A DNA stretch of 64,000 bases from Macrostomum lignano (taxonomy: Eukaryota): the NCBI GenBank assembly GCA_002269645.1, contig NIVC01001948.1, forward strand, positions 241,953-305,952, given 5' to 3'. A program made the position numbers and the translations under genes. The notes beneath the pieces are model-generated. The model ran no database searches. It was not told the origin of the DNA and saw nothing but the letters and a program-made list of their open reading frames with translations. This document shows positions 48,601-61,330 of the stretch, piece after piece. Position 1 is the stretch's first letter. The number at the start of each line of letters is the position of its first letter.

Positions 48601-51600
48601 AGTGAGATTTTGTGATGATTCTCATGCATACCGTGAAATTTTGTGATGATTCTCATGCATACCGTGAGATTTTGTGATGATTCTCATGTATACAATGAGA
48701 TTTTGTGATGATTCTCAATGTTCTCATGTATACACTGAGATTATGTAATGATTCTCATGCATACAGTGAGATTTTGCGATGATTCTCATGTATACAGTGA
48801 GATTATGTAATGATTCTCATGCATACAGTGAGATTTTGCGATGATTCTCATGTATACAGTGAGATTTTGTGATGATTCTCAATGTTCTCATGTATACACT
48901 GAGATTATGTAATGATTCTCATGCATACAGTGAGATTTTGCGATGATTCTCATGTATACAGTGAGATTTTGTGATGATTCTTATGTATACAGTGAGATTT
49001 TGTGATGATTCTCATATAAACAGTGAGATTTTGTGATGATTCTCATGTATACAGTGAGATTTTGTGATGATTCTCATATACACAGTGAGATTTTGTGATG
49101 ATTCTCATGCATACAGTGAGATTTTGTGATGATTCTCATGCATAGTCGGTGTGATTTTGATATGCCAATTAACTATAGCCGAATACTCACGAATTAGCGC
49201 GCATCAACTCGTCAGTGAGGTGTCCAACGTGCTCTTCGGCTTCCCGTCGAGTACAGCTGCCCTGCCTGTTGGCCTGCAGTCGTTCCAGCGTCGCTTTCAT
49301 CGCCTCCCGTTCGTGCATCAGCCTGTCGAACTCCTGCTCCAGGTAGCTGTACCGATCGGCATACCGGCTCATCTCTTGTAGCGACTCGGTCACGTGACCC
49401 AGCTGCTCGGCCTGCTCAGCTAATCGACGATTTTCCTCTCGCAGCTCGGCCAGTTCGTTTGATTGGTGGCCGAGCTCGGACCGGCTGCGGCGGAGACGGT
49501 CTTCCAGATCGGAGCAGTCGCGCTCCCGTCTGGCCAGCTGGTTCTGCGATGCGCATGAGAATGAATAAAAATACCAACGCAAAGGTAATTCTGCCGATTC
49601 TGTTTGACTCCTGAACACATTACATGCGCGCCAATGCTGTACTCATAGAAACGCTCAGAGCTGGTGAAGGGAGGGGAAAGATGATAAAGAGGGGTAAAGA
49701 TTATGAAGGGAGAAAGATGATTAAGGGAAAGATGTTTAAGGGAGAAGAAAGATGATTAAGGGAGAAAGATGCTTAAGGGAGGAGAAAAGATGATTAAGGG
49801 AGGGAAAGATGATTAAGGGAGGAGAAAGATGATCAAGGGAGGAGAATGATGATTAAGGGAGGGAAAGATAATTAAGGGAGAAAGATGATCAAGGGAGGAG
49901 AAAGATGCTTAAGGGAGGGAAAGATTATTAAGGTAGAGAAAGATTGTGAAGGCAGGGGAAAGATACTAAAGGGAGGATAACGATGATGAAGGGAGGGGAA
50001 GATTGTGAAGAGAGGTGAAAGATGATGAAGTAAGCACAGCGGTGTACAGCTCACACAGGGTGTACAGCTCACACAGGGTGTACAGCTCACACAGGGTGTA
50101 CAGCTCACACAGGGTGTACAGCTCACACAGGGTGTACAGCTCACACAGGGTGTACAGCTCAGGCAGGGTGTACAGGTCACACAGGGTGTAGAGCTCACAC
50201 AGGGTGTACAGCTCACACAGGGTGTACAGCTCACACAGGGTGTACAGCTCACACAGGGTGTACAGCTCACACAGGGTGTACAGCTCACACAGGGTGTACA
50301 GCTCACACAAGGTGTACAGCTCAGGCAGGGTGTACAGGTCACACAGGGTGTACAGCTCACACAGGGTGTACAGCTCACACAGGGTGTACAGCTCACACAA
50401 GGTGTACAGCTCAGGCAGGGTGTACAGGTCACACAGGGTGTACAGCTCACACAAGGTGTACAGCTCAGGCAGGGTGTACAGGTCACACAGGGTGTAGAGC
50501 TCACACAGGGTGTAGAGCGACCCTTTGACTTTTTAATCAGGGTGCCCACATGGGTTGTAGAAACATTAATAACAGCAAACCTGAGCATCAAGCAGCTGCT
50601 GCTCGAGCATGTCCTTCATAGTCATCTCCGACTGCAGCCGATGATTCAATTGTTGAATCGCCTCCGACTCGGCAGTCGATGCCGTCCATGTCGCCGCCGC
50701 GGAAGTTGACATAGACACCGAGCCAGCTACCGAGTTCCTCTGTCGGCAGCGTCGGCGAACCAGAGGCGAAGCGGCCAGGTGCAGCTTCAGCGGTGAGCAG
50801 GTAGCGGCAGTGGCAGCGTCCAGAGACCCGCCAGTTGGACCAGCGGCAGCAGCGGCGGCCGCAGCGGCGGAAGCAGCCGACGGGAACAGCACCCGAGCCA
50901 GTTGAGGACTAGCCGAAGACTTCTCCGCTGCTGCACCAGGATGATCTTCATCGTCAGCGGTAGAATCCGTGTGCAAAGCTCGAAGCTGATCCAGGCTTAG
51001 GCAGCCGTCCTCGGTGTCTAACAGCTGTCGGGTTAGCGACATCACAGTGCGCTGACTGGCTGCGCCAAGGCGGTCGGCCGCGGCGGCCACGCGAGCCTGC
51101 GAGCTGCCTGTCTGCAGCCAGGCGCCCAGCAACAGCAGGCAGAGGCGCAGGGCCTGCGTGCATATTTAATCCGTTAGTTCTGAACTAACTGACTCCCACT
51201 GACTCACTAGTAATCCCACTGACTCACTAGTAATCCCACTGACTCACTAGTAATCTCACTGACTCACTAGTAATCCCACTGACTCACTAGTAATCCCACT
51301 GACTCACTAGTAATCCCACTGACTCACTAGTAATCTCACTGACTCACTAGTAATCCCACTGACTCACTAGTAATCCCACTGACTCACTAGTAATCCCACT
51401 GACTCACTAGTAATCCCACTGACTCACTAGTAATCCCACTGACTCACTAGTAATCCCACTGACTCACTAGTAATCCCACTGACTCACTAGTAATCCCACT
51501 GACTCACTAGTAATCCCACTGACTCACTAGTAATCCCACTGACTCACTAGTAATCCCACTGACTCACTCACTGGGAATCCCACTGATTCACTAGTAATCC

Positions 51601-53806
51601 CACTGACTCACTCACTGGGAATCCCACTGATTCACTAGTAATCCCACTGATTCACTAGTAATCCCACTGACTCACTCACTGGGAATCCCACTGATTCACT
51701 AGTAATCCCACTGATTCACTAGTAATCCCACTGACTCACTCACTGGGAATCCCACTGATTCACTAGTAATCCCACTGACTCACTCACTGGGAATCCCACT
51801 GATTCACTAGTAATCCCACTGACTCACTCACTGGGAATCCCACTGATTCACTAGTAATCCCACTGACTCACTAGTAATCCCACTGACTCACTGGGAATCC
51901 CACTGACTCACTAGTAATCCCACTGACTCACTGGGAATCCCACTGACTCACTAGTAATCCCACTGACTCACTGGGAATCCCACTGATTCACTAGTAATCC
52001 CACTGACTCACTAGTAATCCCACTGACTCATTAGTAATCCCACTGACTCACTAGTAATCCCACTGACTCACTAGTAATCCCACTGATTCACTAGTAATCC
52101 CACTGACTCATTCATTGGGAATCCCACTGATTCACTAGTAATCCCACTGACTCACTCACTGGGAATCCCACTGATTCACTAGTAATCCCACTGATTTACT
52201 CACTGGGAATCCCACTGATTCACTAGTAATCCCACTGACTCACTCACTGGGAATCCCACTGATTCACTAGGAATCCCACTGACTCACTAGTTATCCCACT
52301 GATTCACTAGTAATCCCACTGATTTACTCACTGGGAATCCCACTGATTCACTAGTAATCCCACTGACTCACTCACTGGGAATCCCACTGATTCACTAGGA
52401 ATCCCACTGACTCACTAGTTATCCCACTGATTCACTAGTAATCCCACTGACTCACTGGGAATCCCACTGACTCACTAGTAATCCCACTGACTCATTCACT
52501 GGGAATCTCACTGATTCACTAGTAATCCCACTGACTCACTCACTAGTAATCCCACTGACTCATTCACTGGGAATCTCACTGATTCACTAGTAATCCCACT
52601 GACTCATTCACTGGGAATCCCACTGATTCACTAGGAATCCCACTGACTCAGTCACTGGGAATCCCACTGATTCACTAGTAATCCCACTGACTCATTCACT
52701 GGGAATCTCACTGATTCACTAGTAATCCCACTGACTCATTCACTGGGAATCCCACTGATTCACTAGGAATCCCACTGACTCATTCACTGGGAATCTCACT
52801 TGATTCACTAATAATCCCACTGACTCATTCACTGGGAATCCCACTGATTCACTAGTAATCCCACTGACTCACTCACTAGTAATCCCACTGACTCATTCAC
52901 TGGGAATCTCACTGATTCACTAGTAATCCCACTGACTCACTCACTAGTAATCCCACTGATTCACTAGGAATCCCACTGACTCATTCACTGGGAATCTCAC
53001 TTGATTCACTAATAATCCCACTGACTCATTCACTGGGAATCCCACTGATTCACTAGGAATCCCACTGACTCATTTACTGGGAATCTCACTGATTCACTAG
53101 TAATCCCACTGACTCATTCACTGGGAATCCCACTGATTCACTAGGAATCCCACTGACTCATTCACTGGGAATCTCACTTGATTCACTAATAATCCCACTG
53201 ACTCACTCACTGGGAATCCCACTGATTCACTAGGAATCCCACTGACTCATTCACTGGGAATCCCACTTGATTCACTAGTAATCCCACTGACTCACTCACT
53301 GGGAATCCCACTTGATTCACTAGTAATCCCACTGACTCATTCACTGGGAATCCCACTGATTCACTAGTAATCCCACTGACTCATTCACTGGGAATCCCAC
53401 TGATTCACTCATTAGGAATCCCACTGACCAAAATAAGCTAAACAGATGCCATGTAAAATCTTACCTGTAATTCGAATCCAGAATCCTGGGCCATCAGGCA
53501 CTCCCAATTAACCAGTTCAACAATTCGAACCCGATAGAACGCGTCCAGGAACTCTTCGATAGCCGCAAATCGAGCCATTGGCGTATCGATTGCAGCCGTT
53601 TGGGGCGCCGGAGCCGCGCAACAGCCGAGACTGACGCAGAGGTCGCGCAATAAGCGACCATCGGCCAAGTCTGACTCTGTTGGCGGTCTGTTGCCCTTGC
53701 CAGAGGAGGGAGAAACAGTGCCGGATAATAGCTGGCCAATCCAGGCCAACAGGCAGGACCGCCTAGCGGGGTCTACTGGGGCAGTGGTGTCCTCGTCCTG
53801 AAGCAT
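39638..53806 (-). CDS. NUMA1: Nuclear mitotic apparatus protein (NuMA) orthologue, ~1475 aa; exons 53465-53797 (or 53806), 50581-51153, 49191-49543, 47668-48334, 46531-47010, 45555-45947, 43501-43983, 42165-42735, 39638-40206
   Basis: N-terminal hook/CH-like head (CLLAWIGQL, DLADGRLL, RFAAIEEFL, LLDTEDG, SPL), long coiled coil, and tail SCEDEDAHLLEWKRIAELQQRNQRQPAQLRSSYPVET matching recalled human TCQDEPEQLDDWNRIAELQQRNRVCPPHLKTCYPLES. All 8 introns GT-AG, phases 0,0,2,0,0,0,0,1 close the frame. Confidence 0.85.
40881..41097. repeat. 54-bp x4 tandem duplication inside the Penelope ORF (SNLQSLLAPNKSSLSQET)
   Basis: Four near-identical in-frame copies. Confidence 0.95.
41471..41512 (+). ncRNA. 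Minimal type I hammerhead ribozyme
   Basis: TTGGC-CTGACGA-A-GAGCC(CAGA)GGCTC-GAAAC-CG-GTA-GCCAA: stem I TTGGC/GCCAA, core CUGAnGA and GAAA, stem II GAGCC/GGCTC, palindromic stem III ACCGGT, predicted cleavage after A41507. Confidence 0.85.
41545..42120. repeat. Polypyrimidine (+ strand) low-complexity tract with a 26-27 bp unit (CCCCTCCCTTTCCTCTCCCATCTCAT)
   Basis: Visible C/T tract; a shorter version lies at 40340-40455. Confidence 0.9.
42862..43495. repeat. 20-bp minisatellite (CCCTGACACATACCAAGAAT), NuMA intron 7
   Basis: About 30 units. Confidence 0.95.
44418..45480. repeat. 23-bp minisatellite (CTGACACATTTCTCAGCTTCATT), NuMA intron 6
   Basis: About 45 units. Confidence 0.95.
46012..46521. 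repeat. 22-bp minisatellite (AATGGGATATTCCAAGCTACAC), NuMA intron 5
   Basis: About 23 units. Confidence 0.95.
47110..47600. repeat. Purine-rich 20-bp repeat (GGGAGGGGAAAGATGGTAAA), NuMA intron 4
   Basis: Tandem units visible. Confidence 0.9.
48357..49143. repeat. 31-bp minisatellite (GATTCTCATGCATACCGTGAGATTTTGTGAT), NuMA intron 3
   Basis: About 25 units. Confidence 0.95.
49665..50030. repeat. Purine-rich degenerate ~20-bp repeat (AGGGAGAAAGATGATTA), NuMA intron 2
   Basis: Visible degenerate units. Confidence 0.8.
50040..50518. repeat. 18-bp minisatellite (GGGTGTACAGCTCACACA), NuMA intron 2
   Basis: About 26 units; accounts for the CTPCVS ORF. Confidence 0.95.
51190..53428. repeat. 20-bp minisatellite (CCCACTGACTCACTAGTAAT) with 24-bp variants, NuMA intron 1
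   Basis: About 100 units, evolving into an alternating 20/24-bp higher-order pattern. Confidence 0.97.
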
Positions 53807-54565
53807 TTTACAGTGTGATTAAGCTGAAGCAATATGGGATCCCCAGTCCTGAAGCATTTTACAGTGTGATTAAGCTGAGGCAGGATGGGATCCCCAGTCC
53901 TGAAGCATTTTACAGTGTGATTAAGCTGAGGCAGGTTGGAATCCCTAGTCCTGAAGCATTTTACAGTGTGATTAAGCTGAGGCAGGTTGGGATCCCCAGT
54001 CCTGAAGCATTTTACAGTGTGATTAAGCTGAGGCAGGATGGGATCCCCAGTCCTGAAGCATTTTACAGTGTGATTAAGCTGAAGCAATATGGGATCCCCA
54101 GTCCTGAAGCATTTTACAGTGTGATTAAGCTGAGGCAGGTTGGGATCCCCAGTCCTGAAGCATTTTACAGTGTGATTAAGCTGAGGCAATATGGGATCCC
54201 CAGTCCTGAAGCATTTTACAGTGTAATTAAGCTGAGGCAGGTTGGAATCCCTAGTCCTGAAGCATTTTACAGTGTGATTAAGCTGAAGCAATATGGGATC
54301 CCCAGTCCTGAAGCATTTTACAGTGTGATTAAGCTGAGGCAGGTTGGGATCCCTAGTCCTGAAGCATTTTACAGTGTGATTAAGCTGAGGCAGGTTGGAA
54401 TCCCTAGTCCTGAAGCATTTTACAGTGTGATTAAGCTGAAGCAATATGGGATCCCCAGTCCTGAAGCATTTTACAGTGTGATTAAGCTGAGGCAGGTTGG
54501 GATCCCTAGTCCTGAAGCATTTTACAGTGTGATTAAGCTGAGATAGGATGGAATCCCTAGTCCTG
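53795..54565. repeat. 51-bp x15 tandem array containing the NuMA acceptor and ATG
   Basis: CTGAAGCATTTT recurs every 51 bp from 53798 to 54512. Confidence 0.95.
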
Positions 54566-57500
54566 ACCTGACTTTAAATCCAATATGCTAAATTCCCTGG
54601 ATCTAGAGTTCTATTCTAATTATGGCAACAGCAATGACCCACAAATTTATGACCCACAAAATTGTTGTTGGAAAGTATAAAATATCAGCTTTAATGTGTC
54701 AAAAAATCATCCTTTTATGCCTTTAAAAAGGTAATCTTTTTCTATTTGAGCTAGGGTTATAGCTCTACAATATGTAATATTATAGTATATACTATATATA
54801 TATACTATACTATACTACTATACTATTATATATATATATATTATATGTACTATATGAACTATAGTACTATATTGAACCTCCATTTTCAGGGAGCACATGT
54901 CCATCAACATATGAACCACAAGTTATTTTTTATATATCTGGCTCATTGCGGAGACAAGAGGCTAATTCAAAATGCTAGCATGAGAATGAACAATTAAGTC
55001 AATGACACCAACACTATATTGGGGACATTTAATAAGGAGTTTTTTGGTATTACATTATATAAACCTAACTACCTAGAATAATTTATGAGTTTCTGCTAAT
55101 GTAATAAATATGATAGGCTATATATATAACTTTAAGTTCTTTTGAAATTAGTATTGTTATCATTCTATTAGTTTATTCAAATACTTTAGAGGAGCATGCA
55201 AGATGCAAGTAAAGTGTATATAAAGGGCCCCTCCCGATTTTTTACTAAAAAATAGTCACCGATTAACCAATTTAAATCCACGCCAAAACTAAGAAATATA
55301 ATTTGTTTTACTACTCATATTTTTTATAATATTTCGCGCGAGTTAATTTTTGTTTTAAATCATCATAAAAATTAGTATAAATAGAAGCGTTTTCGGTGGA
55401 GGGAGGACCAACCTCGCGCATTGCGGTTCAATAATACAAGTTGATAGCAATTAATAAGAGTTCCAAGAAAATAAGAATTGAAGAAGTGTTTTCTGTATTC
55501 ATTCCTTTAAGAAGTAAGAGTGAAGTAGACGGAGGTGTGTACCATATATACTACTAAGAAGGAAAGTGTTGAGTAGTAAGAGAATACGAAGTAGATCTGA
55601 AGTCATACGCATAAGAATAACCGGAGGCTATGACCCTCTGATCTCAGTAACGCCCAAGGACTTGCAAAGTACATGGAATACATATACTAGTATAGCCAAT
55701 AGATTACTCAGGCCAAAAGTACAGTGAACGCTACCGGAATCAGAATAAACGCTACCAGAATAACAGAGGAATAAAATCTTTAAGAGCTAATAGTTTTCTA
55801 AGAATAATACTCAGACTAAATACTCAGACTAAATACTAAGATATATACTCAGATCAATTCTAAGAAACATTTCTTGGATTATTCTAAGATTGATAAACTC
55901 ATAATTTATTAATAGGATAATCCTGGTGGCAGCTACCAATATTTATAAGAATAGAAGTTTAGCCCTTTGACAACTTTAGTGACAACTGTGGAATCATTTA
56001 AAGAGACAGAAGAAACACACCTGTGACAACTTGGTGGTAGCTAGTAAGGCTAAACAAAATAATAATTAAGAGCCCTGGGACAGCTTTTAGTAACAACAGT
56101 GGGATATTATTAAGAAGGAAGAATCACCCCTGTTACATGTAGTCTGATGAAAGTAGCAGTTAATTACTTATTCTAACAATTTTACTAATTTTTAGTATAT
56201 TTGATATACACTAAAAATGTCTTTCAAAATTAATTTTAAATAAAGTTCTTTAGGTGATGAGCCCGTTGCATCAAAAAGACCATGTAAAAAACTAAAAGGT
56301 AAGTAAATTGCAATGCCATTGGTGTGCATTAAATGATTATTCAAATAGGCTGTCAATATATTCACCATAACATGCTCTTAAGAGTGTTTGAAGTTCAGCT
56401 CTGGTTTGAATTGACTTATTTCAATAAGTTGACAATCTTGTTTGGCCAGTCATTAGCACCAAATTGTATCTATGGACTATGTCCTCTATAGGTATACTAG
56501 ATAATAATACTTTAAAATCAAATCAAATTAAAATCAAATACTTTAAAATCAAATCAAAATAGAATTTTATATAGAGATGGCTATTACTATTATATTGGAT
56601 CTAATAACCACCAACCAAGTAGTTTTTTGTTTTATTTTCTTTCAGAAGTACAATTGCTTTAATAGACTCTTTACTCTCTTAGTTTCACATGCTACTCAGT
56701 ATTTGTCAATAGCCCTTGGCACTGCTACTAATGTGGCTATACCAATAGTCCAATACCAATGATTCTAAGTGAAACTACTACTGCTGACTCAATAAGTATA
56801 AGTCTATTCTAATGAATATATATATTATGATGCCATTACTTAACAGTTAAGAAAAAGGCTATTTTTTCTCTAATCGATCACATAGATAGATAGAGACAGA
56901 CCATTTTTAGTATATAGGATGGAGTTGGCAAACATGGAGCATTGACTAATTGCATAGATGTGCCAATTAGTCGATGGAAAAGACAATGCTATCATACATC
57001 AACCATTAAAAGTCATTGTTTAAAGAGCACTTTTGCAATAAGGCTATATTTAGTATACTTTTTAATGAAGGCTCAATTATACAGTTATACATGTTCTGCT
57101 CATTTTACTTGCTCATTATTACTATAAAAATAACCATTTTACTATTTATACAGTCACCATAACAATTAGGCCTAATAACTGCATAAGGCTAAAAAATATA
57201 ATATATAATATATAATTTCAATTTTTTATTTCCTTTTTGTTTTTTAAAACTATTTTTATAGATTGAAAAATAATAATCTAGAACATAGTCATACATATTG
57301 CAAACTTTAAATACTAAACTAAAGTCCAGAAAAGAACATTGGATAGGGGCCTACACACACTTGAACTAAGTCTAAGTCTAATGGTTCTTAACCTGTGAGT
57401 CGCAACCCTTAGTGGAGTTGCTACATTGCCTGACCATTTTCTAGGGGTCACAGCAAGAAATATATGAGTAAGTCATACTTAATTATGCATTATATTGATT

Positions 57501-58389
57501 ATAAAAGGGGTTGCAAACATTAAAAATTGATCTGCAAGTGAATAAATTGGTAGGCCCTAGTCTAGCTAGCTGTCTAGGATTAAGTAAGAATAGCTAGAGA
57601 AGGGAATGCTCTAATAGCAAATGTAAATATATTATAATGCCAAATTATGTTCCAATCCTAACCTCAAGATACAGGCCTATAATGTTTTTTTCTCTAATAT
57701 TGGAGACTGGACTAGAAGCTTGTGTGAAACAATACTTTGCTAAATTGATTTGTCCCGCTATGACTGTGATCAACTTTACAATTTTGTTGAGCTAAGGCCC
57801 TACCTGGCCTAATCTTACAATAGTTAGGCCACTATGCCTAGGCTAAACTAGACATAGACACTTAATATTATTTGAATGAAAAGCTATTTATATACTATTA
57901 AACCATTACACACTTCTATTCTATTCACTCTAGAACCTAATAAATAGCTGATACAAGAAAAAACCTTAAGCATTGATAACATTGCGGATTAAATAGTAGT
58001 AGTAGTAGTAGTAAGTTTGGCTCAGGCAAAGAGCCTGTTTTGCCTATATGATTTGATGTATTTAATATTTGTTGAAAATGTTGATTTTCTTTAATAAAAA
58101 AGTCCAAACAAGAATTTGAATTGCCGCTTTTTTAAAGCGCATTGAATTATTAGCCTTTTCACGAAGTCTACTCCAGAATCGGAGTAAATTCCGATTCCAG
58201 AACCAGATTCGCTAGGAAAATGAAAAGCATCGAGTAAATTTTATTTTTTGTCAAAAATTACTTAACATTTTTAATATTTTATTTTTTCTAAGTTACTTAT
58301 TTTTTGCCTTTGAAGTTATATTAGAAGTTAAATTGACTTTAAATATTTTTCATTTTTTCCATAGAAATATGTAAATATGTCAGCCAGCT

Positions 58390-58600
58390 GTCCTTCTTCC
58401 GCCCTGCGCAGGGCCCTGCTTGGACTCAACCGCAGGGACATCAGCTAGGGCGGTGACCATGGCCCTCTCGGGTCATGGCTGTTTTATTGCCAGGCATCGC
58501 CACCTCCCGGGAAAAATCCGCAGTGAGAGGAATTATTGCCCATTCCACCTCTACGGTGTCGAGAATGTGGAGCACTTCATCTGTGAATTTTGTACAGTAA
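58390..58600 (+). mobile_element. LINE ORF2 3' fragment (CCHC zinc knuckle)
   Basis: ALSGHGCFIARH..YCPFHLYGVENVEHFICE resembles the LTGHG..C..C..E..EH..C motif; paralogous to 61185-61330. Confidence 0.6.
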
Positions 58601-59409
58601 ATTTGTCCCCGACTTAAGCATTGATCTTTGGACAAATTTACTATACAAAATAGTTACTACTCGTCAATTTTTGCGTCACACAAATATTTATTATCGTTAT
58701 AGTCTCGTTAGATCCTTTTTCGTTTTATTAAAATAAACCTAGCTGAATATATGCACCACCGGAGTGCGAAACGCGTGACGACACTCGAATGTTGACTATT
58801 GGATTCCTATTCGTAGCTCGTAGCAATTCAGCGACGCAGCTTGTTGCCTTCGCTTCTCCCGCTTCAACTCTTCATTAGCCGCAGAAACGTCAGCTGCTGC
58901 ATGGCCGCTTTGTCGTCCTGTCGATAAAGCGGTCGGTGTACGCGCAGGCTAAGTTTGCGGCCAGGCTCAGACTGGGTTTTTTAAGTTTGGAAATCCAGTT
59001 GCCAGCTGGCCCTTGGGGCTCAAAATCCTGTTGCCAATGGCTATTTTCTGTTGCCCATTGGAAACTAGCCAAATTCTCGAGGATGGATATTTCCAAGGCT
59101 ACGTTTGAAAAGCAGAAATTTGTTCTCTCAACTCTAAGATTGCTATATCTATGCTGCAAACAATCCAATGTACTATAAAATGAAAATCTTGATTGCTTGC
59201 TTGTATGTTTGTGCGCAATCTAACAATTCCATCATATCGATTCATATGACAATTTTTTACACTTTCAAAATTATTTTTGAAATTGGCAACTGGGCACACG
59301 GGGGAAAAAGAAGTTGCCAGATTGGCCTCTGATGCCGAAAATCCAGTTGCCAATGAGATTTTCAAGGGGCCAAAAAAACCCGTATGGCCCAAAAAACCAG
59401 GGATCAGTT

Positions 59410-60830
59410 CTATATTATGCTTCTTGTGTGCTCTCCGCCACTGTTCGACTCGCTCTCCGCTCCTTTAACTGCAGCCGAGAGCGGCCGCCTCACCAGATTC
59501 TCCATTGAGTCGAGGATGCATGGGTAGTAGGCCCAGACTCCATTGAGGAGTCTTTACCGGTAGCGGAGAACTTCGCTACAGCCCGAATCGTCATTCAATT
59601 CGCGACTGGAGATAACGAGAGCAGACATCGACTCAGCCGAGCTGCTGTTATCGGAGCAGCTCCACCAGGTGCATGGTTGCCGGTCGGTTGGCACGGTTCC
59701 AAAAAGCACCGACTTGCGCGCCGTCAAATGTGGTGGCATCAATTCTCAGATTCTCTATAAATACTGACTGCATGAGCGGTTTTCAAGTCCGCGCGACCTC
59801 CGTCGACTCGAGCAACGCCTTTTAAAGTACTAACGCCATAGAGTCAGTAAAAACAGTCTCAGCCGACAGGTTAATTGGGTCCCGATTGTCAAACGACCAT
59901 TTCAGTGCTGTCCGATCGCATGGTCTACTGCTGAACAGCTGGGTAAAGCTTGAGCCGAAGCTGACAACATTACATTTACTCCAGAAGGTAGGGATTTAAG
60001 GAACAATAGGAGCGCCTCCATTGCTGAACAAAATGTTCGGACCGCTCATCGATCCGCTCCTTCTGCGCCAAGTCCCTTCGCCTGGAACAGGGGTGGCCTC
60101 GTCTAGGAATGCCGTGAGCTCAAACTCGGCCTCGCTGCTCAACTGCTCTACCAATAGAATTCAGATCGCAGGTTGCACTTCACATCGCGCAGATCTGGAA
60201 GGCCGTTCACTTTCTCCCGTAGTTTCAGTCCCGACAGCCATGGTTGAGCTGCGGTCTGCGAAGGGCCCGAACCTTGCGACCTTGTCAAGCCGACTATCCT
60301 CAGGCTTGTACGGCTCGTATTGCGGCACGCGAACCCTTGGGATTGTGAGACTAACTTTATCTATGCTCGGCATCTCCAGCTCGACAACGCTGCTCATTTC
60401 GATTTTCACCTTGGCTCCGGCAACCACTGCTGAGGTAGCATTCCTTGAGCTCGGCCGCGAGCCGTCCACCTCGCAGTAGCCCGCATCGACAGCCGCACTG
60501 TAGGTAGGTGGCTTTGGCCTCGGTCTTTTGCGGCACTCGCACTTGACGGTGCGATTGTTCAACTCAGCAACCAGTCGGTACACTTAGGACGGATTAGTCA
60601 TCAGGAAACTTAAACTTATAACGTCGCTCAGGGTATCTGAGCTTCGATTCTGGTACAGCGTTCCAACCGATGATGCTGACCTGCCCCGAGGACTCGACCA
60701 GGGGGCCAAGGCCGCTGATTTGCAATTGCGTAGCCGTCGTAACAAAGCCAGCAGTCCATCTTGAGCCCTTGACAAGCAAACAATTTTTAGGTGAGCGAGA
60801 GGCTGGAATAGAGAAAGGGGGCTGCAATGA
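59410..60830 (-). pseudogene. Decayed coding-like segment, probable retroelement ORF1/gag relic
   Basis: GC-rich, with broken reading frames (e.g. 60161-60583 KPPTYSAAV..), no splice model found, and flanked by LINE scraps; family not recognised. Confidence 0.3.
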
Positions 60831-61184
60831 GCTTTATATAACGCCTGCAGCGCTTGTGAGAGGTTGGGGGTGTGCTTCAAGCGTAAGTAGAATATTTTTC
60901 TTCCCTTGTCGCAATCTGTCGCTCTACTACATGTATGGTCGTATGCAACGAAACCATGAATGTCATTCAATCCCTGTAAAATTGTGCACTTGCACTAATA
61001 GTGCGTGTACAGGAGGCCTTTTGCAAGTTGCAACACGCATCATTTTTACTTGGGTATGAAACTGGCAGCGTACGCAAGCTTCTATTTTTAGGTCTTGAAA
61101 CTGAACGCACAATCGTACACCAACAGGCACTGTACTGATACTAACTTTTCTTAAGTAGAATTGCTTTTTAATGCTGAATATACT

Positions 61185-61330
61185 ACTATTAGACAACCAT
61201 TGCCCTTCCAGGCTAAAATCCTCAGTGAGGAATCCCCATTCTGCCTCTCCGGTGTTGAGAATGCGGAGCACTTCATCTGTGACAGCCCCGACTTTGCTCA
61301 GGACAGACTCACCTACTTCGGCTTAAACCA
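61185..61330 (+). mobile_element. LINE ORF2 3' fragment (degenerate CCHC knuckle), second copy
   Basis: SPFCLSGVENAEHFICDSPDFAQDR; shares GGTGT.GAGAATG.GGAGCACTTCATCTGTGA with ~58555-58585. Confidence 0.6.

Noticed and set aside
12157-54565. Regular arrays (34, 33, 31, 28, 51 bp) as CRISPR arrays
   Set aside because: Units are head-to-tail with no unique spacers, there are no cas genes, and the context is eukaryotic introns or spacers.
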